64,000 nucleotides of DNA, taken from the NCBI GenBank assembly GCA_020148055.1, contig JAHCRF010000001.1, positions 71,257 through 135,256 on the forward strand, written 5' to 3'. Within the stretch, counting starts at the first letter, position 1. The number at the start of each line of letters is the position of its first letter. This document shows, in pieces, positions 60,011 to 64,000 of the stretch. A program made the position numbers and the translations under genes. The notes below the pieces were generated by a model that did not search any database, had not been told where the DNA came from, and saw only the letters and a list, made by a program, of their open reading frames with translations. Origin of the DNA: Patescibacteria group bacterium. Lineage in GTDB: Bacteria > Patescibacteriota > Minisyncoccia > Minisyncoccales > JAHCRE01.

Positions 60011-61041
60011 GTTTTACCAAAGATAATATTGGAAAATATTTTAGGTTTCGTCTTAAAAAGAAGGCAGCCTACTAAAGACTGGGCAGCAATTCTTTTTCTT
60101 AAAATAATAAAATCTTTTCTTAAAATAGGATCTTTTAAAACTTTATTCCAATTTTGGCCAAAATATTCTTTAAGAAAAATTTTAGAGAAATCTTTAAGGT
60201 TATCTAAAGAAAACCTTTTAAGTAGCTGGCGATTTATTAAGTCTAATTGGCAAAGGAAAGTGAAAATATCAATAATTTTTCTGGAAAGACGGCTCTCACT
60301 AAAATCTAAGACCCAGACTTTTCTTCCCCCCAAAAATATATTCTTTGGGTGAAAATCGTGATGAGTAATAACCCTATCAGTACTTTTTCTATTTCGATTT
60401 TCCCAATCTACGATTTCATTAATAACTTTTTTCAGAAATTTTAATTTGCCCGGATAACCTTCCTTTAGAATTCGAAGTTGCTCCTGCCAGTAAGTCTGGC
60501 TATAAGAACCTCGCTTGGCGAGAACCTTGTTTTCTTGCTTCGCTCGAAAATAAGAAAGGGAAAAAACATCTTGAAAACGATAAGGTAAGGTTTTATGAAG
60601 TTTCTTTAGCCAACGGGCACTTTTTTTTAAGGCTGAGAAAATCTCTTGAAATGATTTTTTTTCCAAAATCTCAAAGAATGATTCTCCTTTAATTTCTCTA
60701 GTGATAACCATTGAATGTTTTTTTAAAAAAGCCAGTGGTTCGGGAATGGAGTAATTCCCAGAAGAAAAGTTCCTTTTCCACAAATAATCCATTACCCTCC
60801 AGGATTGGAATCTGGTTGGGTCAGGTGAAGAAAGGGCATGAAAGGCCAAAGTTTCCTTCTTACCATCAATTTTTTTGACCAAAACAGAATATCTAATATG
60901 ATAGCTTCGATCAAGAAAACCTCCTAATCTTTTTGCCTTTACCGAAAGAATCGTTTTTGCCCTTTTGTTAACTTTCTTTTTGTAAGGTAAAAAAAGGCGA
61001 CGACAATAATTTGGGTCAGAAATAAATCGAGGAGAATTCAT
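59986..61041 (-). CDS. APH/choline-kinase-like phosphotransferase
   Basis: WLKKLH, THHDFHPKNI, LDFSE; ATG 61041 preferred over 61071, which overlaps glgA copy 2. Confidence 0.72.
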   Translation of the reverse strand: MNSPRFISDPNYCRRLFLPYKKKVNKRAKTILSVKAKRLGGFLDRSYHIRYSVLVKKIDGKKETLAFHALSSPDPTRFQSWRVMDYLWKRNFSSGNYSIPEPLAFLKKHSMVITREIKGESFFEILEKKSFQEIFSALKKSARWLKKLHKTLPYRFQDVFSLSYFRAKQENKVLAKRGSYSQTYWQEQLRILKEGYPGKLKFLKKVINEIVDWENRNRKSTDRVITHHDFHPKNIFLGGRKVWVLDFSESRLSRKIIDIFTFLCQLDLINRQLLKRFSLDNLKDFSKIFLKEYFGQNWNKVLKDPILRKDFIILRKRIAAQSLVGCLLFKTKPKIFSNIIFGKTQDPLCSG

Positions 61042-61063
61042 TATTTTAAATATAACATAAAAA

Positions 61064-62497
61064 ATGGGCAAAAAATATTTAAAAGTTTTATTTGTAGCGT
61101 CAGAATGCGCCCCAATAGCTAAAGTTGGGGGTTTGGGAGATGTTATAGGAAGTCTGCCAAAGGCCCTAAAGAAATTGAGGGTAGATCTTCGAATTGCTAT
61201 TCCAAAATATAAAGGTATAGATTTTAAGAAACACCTTTTTAAAATAATTGCTAAAAAAATTAAGGTTGGAAAAAGTTTTGTTAATATTTACCAAGGTTTT
61301 TTACCGGGAAGTAAAGTTATTTTATATCTTTTAGAAAATAAAAAATATTTTGGAGAAAATGGAATTTACTTTGAAAGGGGTGCCTTTGTTGGTTCTTTTA
61401 GAGAAATTCAGAGATTTTTGTTTTTTTCTCAGGCAATTTTAGAAATTTTTGAAAATTTAAATTGGTTTCCTCAAATTATTCATTGTCACGATTGGCATAC
61501 GGCAATTGCACCTTTGTTGCTAAAAATAAAAACAAAGAATAAAAAGCCAAAAACTTTACTTACTATTCATAACTTAGCCAATCAAGGAGAATGGAGGGCT
61601 AAAAAAATTTTGGATTTCTTGAATTTAAAAGGAGATGAAATAGATAGTTTAAAAATTAGGGATAAAAGGAAAAAATTAAATATTTTAGCCCAGGGAATTT
61701 TAAATACCGATTTCTTGAATACTGTCAGTAAAACTTATTCTCAGGAAATTTTAACTAAAAAATATGGTGAGGATTTAGAGAAAATACTTTCAAAAAGAAA
61801 AAAAGATCTCTTCGGAATTTTAAATGGCATTGATCAAGACCGGTTTAACCCAAAGGCCTGTCTTAATCTAAAGGTAAATTACTCCGTTTCAAACCTGAAT
61901 CAAAAAAGGGAGAACAAAATAGATCTCCAAAAAATTTTAAAACTTTCTCAAAATCAAAATTTTCCTTTATTTAGTCTTATTGGGCGTTTAACTTCTCAAA
62001 AAGGGATTGATTTAATTGCAAAAATTGTTCCTGATTTAGTAAATTCTGGTTGCCAATTAATAATTTTAGGAGTAGGGGAGCGGAAATATGAAAATAAGCT
62101 CTTAAAATTAGCAAAAAAATATCAAAGGAATGTTTCGGTTCAAATCAAATTTGATCCCGTTCTGGCTCAAAAAATTTACGCTGGCTCGGATTTCTTTTTG
62201 ATGCCTTCTCGTTTTGAGCCCTGTGGATTGGGTCAGTTAATCGCCCAAAGATATGGGACAATTCCAATTGGTAGAAAAACCGGAGGATTGGCCGATACAA
62301 TAGAGCAGGATAAAACCGGTTTTCTTTTTAAAGAATATAAAGCTGGAGCTTTTTTAAGAGTTATTAGAAAAGCTCTAAAATTTTATCAAAACGAAAAAGA
62401 ATGGAAAAAATTAATTAAAAGGGCAATGAAAAAGGATTTTTCCTGGAAAAAATCAGCCAAAGAATATCTAAAACTTTATAACAAGCTTATAGCTTGA
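61064..62497 (+). CDS. glgA: Glycogen/starch synthase (GT5), copy 2
   Basis: KVGGLGDV, HCHDWH, TIHNL, MPSRFEPCGL, TGGLADT. Confidence 0.92.
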   Translation: MGKKYLKVLFVASECAPIAKVGGLGDVIGSLPKALKKLRVDLRIAIPKYKGIDFKKHLFKIIAKKIKVGKSFVNIYQGFLPGSKVILYLLENKKYFGENGIYFERGAFVGSFREIQRFLFFSQAILEIFENLNWFPQIIHCHDWHTAIAPLLLKIKTKNKKPKTLLTIHNLANQGEWRAKKILDFLNLKGDEIDSLKIRDKRKKLNILAQGILNTDFLNTVSKTYSQEILTKKYGEDLEKILSKRKKDLFGILNGIDQDRFNPKACLNLKVNYSVSNLNQKRENKIDLQKILKLSQNQNFPLFSLIGRLTSQKGIDLIAKIVPDLVNSGCQLIILGVGERKYENKLLKLAKKYQRNVSVQIKFDPVLAQKIYAGSDFFLMPSRFEPCGLGQLIAQRYGTIPIGRKTGGLADTIEQDKTGFLFKEYKAGAFLRVIRKALKFYQNEKEWKKLIKRAMKKDFSWKKSAKEYLKLYNKLIA

Positions 62498-62574
62498 TAT
62501 ATCAAAGTGCTGCTTTGTTATAAAACTTTGGCCGTTGATTTACTATAAAATTTTGTTAAAATTAAGTTGCTTTT

Positions 62575-64000
62575 ATGTTTCTTTCTCCTATTGAGGAAAT
62601 CAAAAATCGTCTTGATATAGTAAAAGTAATCTCAAGTTATATTAAATTGAAAAAAGCAGGAGCGAATTATAAGGCTCTCTGTCCCTTTCATTCAGAGAAG
62701 AAACCCTCATTTTTTGTTTCTCCAGCTAGACAAATCTGGCATTGCTTCGGATGTTCCGCCGGAGGCGATATTTTTAAATTTGTAATGCAAATCGAAGGAG
62801 TAGAATTTGGAGACGCCTTAAAGATTTTAGCAAGAAGAGCCGGTGTAAAGTTAAAAAGAGAGGATCCAAAATTAAGAACTGAGAGACAAAGAACTTATGA
62901 AATTTGCGAGCTATCTTCCAGATTTTTCCAAAAACAATTGGAAGGAAGCAAAACCGGTTTGGAAGCTAAAAAATATCTTTTAGCTCGAGGAATTACTGAA
63001 GAATCAATTAAAAAATGGCAAATTGGTTATGCTCCTGATAGCTGGCGGGGATTATCTGATTTTTTGGTCTCTCAAGGATACACGCGGGAAGAAGTTGAAA
63101 AAGCCGGTCTAGCAATAAAAAATGAAAAAGGTAATTTTTATGATCGATTTCGGGGAAGAATAATTTTTCCAATTTTTGATTTAAATTCCCAGCCAATCGG
63201 TTTTGGAGGCCGAGTATTCAAAACAAGTCGCGAGCCACGGGTTATAAGGTCCCGGGCGAGCGACACCTTAAAGGAAGAGGGAGGCAGGGAGCAAGACGAC
63301 CGTCGGAAGGGAGAAACCTTGGTGTCTCCCTCCGAGCCTGCAAAATATATTAATACCCCCGGTACTTTGCTTTATGATAAAAGCCGGATTTTATATGGTT
63401 TAGATAAAGCCAAAATGGAAATTAGAAAAAGAGATTTTTCTATTTTAGTAGAGGGCTATATTGATGTCATTATGTCTCATCAGGTAGGTTTCAATAATGT
63501 GGTAGCTACTTCGGGAACTGCCTTAACGCCTTACCAATTAAAAATTTTGAAAAGGTATTCGGAGAATATTTTGACTGCTTTTGATATGGATATTGCTGGA
63601 GATTGGGCGACTAAAAGAGGAATAGATTTAGCTCAGGCCCAGGGATTTAATGTAAAAATAATTACTATGCCAGAAAGTTTAGACCCGGCTGATATTATTT
63701 CTCAAAATCAAAAAAAATGGAAAGAATTAGTGGAGAGTTCAAAATCAATTTTAGATTTTTATTTTGAAACTACTTTCTCTAAGTTTGATAGAAAAACTCC
63801 CCAGGGAAAGAAGGGGATTTCAAAAATTCTTTTGAAGGTGATAAAAAGAATTCCAAATAAAATTGAACAGTCCTATTGGATTCAGCAACTTTCAAAAAAC
63901 CTGGAAGTTAGAGAGGAAGATGTAATCGCTGAGCTTCGAAAGATAAAAATTGAAAAACCAGAAACTGAGGAGGTTGAGGAATTGCCTCCTCAGAAATCTC
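62575..64000 (+). CDS. dnaG: DNA primase, runs off the window end
   Basis: Manual translation from ATG 62575: CPFHSEKKPSF...CFGC zinc finger, DRFRGRIIFPI, FGGR, KYINTP, VEGYIDV, AFDMD, DPAD. Confidence 0.95.
   Translation, partial: MFLSPIEEIKNRLDIVKVISSYIKLKKAGANYKALCPFHSEKKPSFFVSPARQIWHCFGCSAGGDIFKFVMQIEGVEFGDALKILARRAGVKLKREDPKLRTERQRTYEICELSSRFFQKQLEGSKTGLEAKKYLLARGITEESIKKWQIGYAPDSWRGLSDFLVSQGYTREEVEKAGLAIKNEKGNFYDRFRGRIIFPIFDLNSQPIGFGGRVFKTSREPRVIRSRASDTLKEEGGREQDDRRKGETLVSPSEPAKYINTPGTLLYDKSRILYGLDKAKMEIRKRDFSILVEGYIDVIMSHQVGFNNVVATSGTALTPYQLKILKRYSENILTAFDMDIAGDWATKRGIDLAQAQGFNVKIITMPESLDPADIISQNQKKWKELVESSKSILDFYFETTFSKFDRKTPQGKKGISKILLKVIKRIPNKIEQSYWIQQLSKNLEVREEDVIAELRKIKIEKPETEEVEELPPQKS
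63226..63338 (+). repeat. GC-rich structured in-frame insert in dnaG
   Basis: About 35 extra residues between FGGRVF and AKYINTP; hairpin TCGGA-AGGGAGA...TCTCCCT-CCGA. Confidence 0.75.

Noticed and set aside
63226..63338. Intein or group I/II intron in dnaG or rpoB
   Set aside because: The inserts are far too short and lack the His-Asn intein terminus and recognisable intron cores

Overview
AT-rich, densely packed bacterial chromosome segment read in the standard code (TGA is a stop). Gene content suggests a Patescibacteria/CPR (Parcubacteria-like) genome; this is inference. Evidence for that includes a type IV pilus cluster with no secretin, tRNA-Arg(GCG), a cupin-type glucose-6-phosphate isomerase and many -10 boxes directly abutting start codons. 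The window holds valS (partial), tsaD, a GT2, recG, comF, pilM/N/O/B/T/C/D with six pilins, pncC and a nadD-nadE fusion divergent from ligA, rodA, a TPR membrane protein, rpoB, rpoC, ftsK, recA, rpsF-ssb-rpsR, ychF, a phosphomutase, trpS, rnj, an orphan ABC substrate-binding protein, secG, uvrC, a frameshifted uvrA, groES/groEL with a variant CIRCE, lemA, htpX, an alpha-glucan cluster, dnaG (partial) and six tRNAs. The main unexplained signal is a set of small repeated DNA elements with no transposase in the window. (1) GC-rich hairpin inserts of about 25-110 bp sit inside core genes, mostly in frame, and are shared between unrelated genes: tsaD/rpoB, rpoC/uvrA, recG/uvrA and recG/uvrC, with singletons in dnaG and elsewhere. 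One copy coincides with the uvrA frameshift. (2) Degenerate 7-mer tandem arrays are often arranged as inverted pairs. (3) Palindromes flanked by TT(G/T)AC direct repeats carry the -35 boxes upstream of rpoB and groES. A second notable feature is a putative NMN-recycling module that shares a palindromic divergent promoter with the NAD-dependent ligase.
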